Of a DNA stretch of 64,000 bases, positions 63,099 through 64,000 are shown piece by piece (within the stretch, counting starts at the first letter, position 1; every line of letters starts with the position of its first letter). This DNA comes from a virus. The stretch lies in the IMG/VR virus record IMGVR_UViG_3300035182_001904; one strand, written 5' to 3'. Under the pieces are notes generated by a model that was not told where the DNA came from, did no database searches, and was given only the letters and a program-made list of their open reading frames with translations. The translations under genes were made by a program, and so were the position numbers.

Positions 63099-63442
63099 AG
63101 CTCGCGCTCGCAGGTTTGTCGGTGGCCCTCGCGGTCGCATGGCTTCCGCTTGCCTGGCGCTTCTTGCGCGGGTGGCGCAATCGGAAGAACCCGGTGAGCC
63201 TCGCGATCTGCGCGGCCTTGTGCTTGTTCGCGTACACGAACATCATGTTGGCGCTGGAGCTGGTGGATGGTGAGTCGTGGGAATTCTTCACCATCGCAAC
63301 ACGCATCTTTGATCTCGTTGTGATCGTGAACTTCTACGTCGCGTTCCGATGGTCGGCGAAACGGTTTCCAGATGCACGCAGCCACCCGGTCGAGTACACC
63401 GTGCCGCCCATGAACTCGTCGAACACGCCGCGCGGGTCGTGA
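63095..63442 (+). CDS. Three-TM membrane protein
   Basis: Three hydrophobic segments. ATGA-coupled. Confidence 0.65.
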   Translation: MKLALAGLSVALAVAWLPLAWRFLRGWRNRKNPVSLAICAALCLFAYTNIMLALELVDGESWEFFTIATRIFDLVVIVNFYVAFRWSAKRFPDARSHPVEYTVPPMNSSNTPRGS

Positions 63443-63454
63443 TACGGTCGGGAC

Positions 63455-64000
63455 GTGAAGGACCCTCTACGCGCACGACGCGGTGCTGCCAATCTCGGCG
63501 CCGCAGGTCTCGGGCGCACGGGTAAGGGGAATTGGGAGCTGGGCGTCGTCGTCGCATACAACTCCGCAACGCACACGTCGATCGTGCGGACGCACAGCGG
63601 ACGCCCGCTTCAAGACGTCCCTCAGATCAAGTCGACTGCCACGGGCTTCGACCACATCCCGACGGGCACGACCGTCGTGATCTCCTACGACTTGGGCATT
63701 CCCGCGATCGTTGGCTGCATGGACTTTCCAAGTCCGTCGCAACCGTCGGTTCAGGCACCGACGTTGACGGGCGTCGAAGGCGTGGGTGATGCCGATCCCA
63801 CGCAGCTGACACAGGGCACCAACAACTTCAAGCCGCCCAACGCGCCCACCGACATGGGAGCCGGTGATTGGGCCCAGGTGGGCACCCTGGGGAACCACGT
63901 CGCCGTGCTCGAGGGCGGGGTTACCTTGATGGGTAGCCCGAGCGCTCACGTGCAGTCGATTGGACCTTCTGGAACGCTGCGAACGATCGCACGCCGCATC
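63455..64000 (+). CDS. Probable baseplate hub/spike-type protein, 3'-truncated (not in ORF track)
   Basis: GTG at 63455 opens a stop-free frame to the window end: MKDPLRARRG..WELGVVVAYNSATHTSIVRT..IPTGTTVVISYDLGIPAIVGCM, resembling a gp5/GpV N-terminal OB-fold. Confidence 0.6.
   Translation, partial: MKDPLRARRGAANLGAAGLGRTGKGNWELGVVVAYNSATHTSIVRTHSGRPLQDVPQIKSTATGFDHIPTGTTVVISYDLGIPAIVGCMDFPSPSQPSVQAPTLTGVEGVGDADPTQLTQGTNNFKPPNAPTDMGAGDWAQVGTLGNHVAVLEGGVTLMGSPSAHVQSIGPSGTLRTIARRI

Noticed and set aside
1-64000. Alternative genetic code or stop-codon reassignment
   Set aside because: Conserved genes are full length under code 11, TAG, TGA and TAA all end genes at tight junctions, and there is no suppressor tRNA.
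1-64000. phiKZ-like nucleus-forming jumbo phage hallmarks, or an integrated prophage
   Set aside because: No tubulin/PhuZ, chimallin-like gene, integrase or att-like junction was recognised. PolA, sigma70 and the RNAP split differ from phiKZ. The rest of the genome is unseen.

Overview
This is a 64-kb segment of a large, GC-rich (roughly 63-65% by eye, not computed) tailed dsDNA phage with a contractile tail. No host housekeeping genes, integrase or CRISPR array were seen. Region 1-10 kb is mixed-strand: DUF932, a MoxR-like AAA ATPase with a metallopeptidase-VWA partner, the large terminase, tRNA-Ala, tRNA-Gln and a DEDDh exonuclease. Region 10-25.5 kb is mostly minus-strand replication/recombination genes: UDG-like/PolA fusion, primase-ATPase, two Cas4-like nucleases, HNH and SNF2, with a sigma70-family gene on the plus strand. 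Region 25.5-64 kb is one plus-strand virion block: portal, intein-containing prohead protease, capsid, neck, sheath, tube, lysis-like membrane proteins and the start of a baseplate gene. Embedded in this block is a reduced two-chain RNA polymerase, a beta/beta'-N fusion with an intein plus a separate beta'-C chain. The most striking unexplained pattern is a family of about 12 otherwise unrelated proteins sharing an A-[YH]-x-x-G-x3-A-L-x2-F-(G)-x-K-x-A motif. It co-occurs with pervasive K-x-A motifs that delimit modules and with glycine-zipper hairpins, suggesting a capsid-targeting and protease-release system. A recurring CCTATAAT/CTATCAT promoter-like motif and a candidate structured ncRNA were also found. 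All family assignments come from motif recognition, not database searches.
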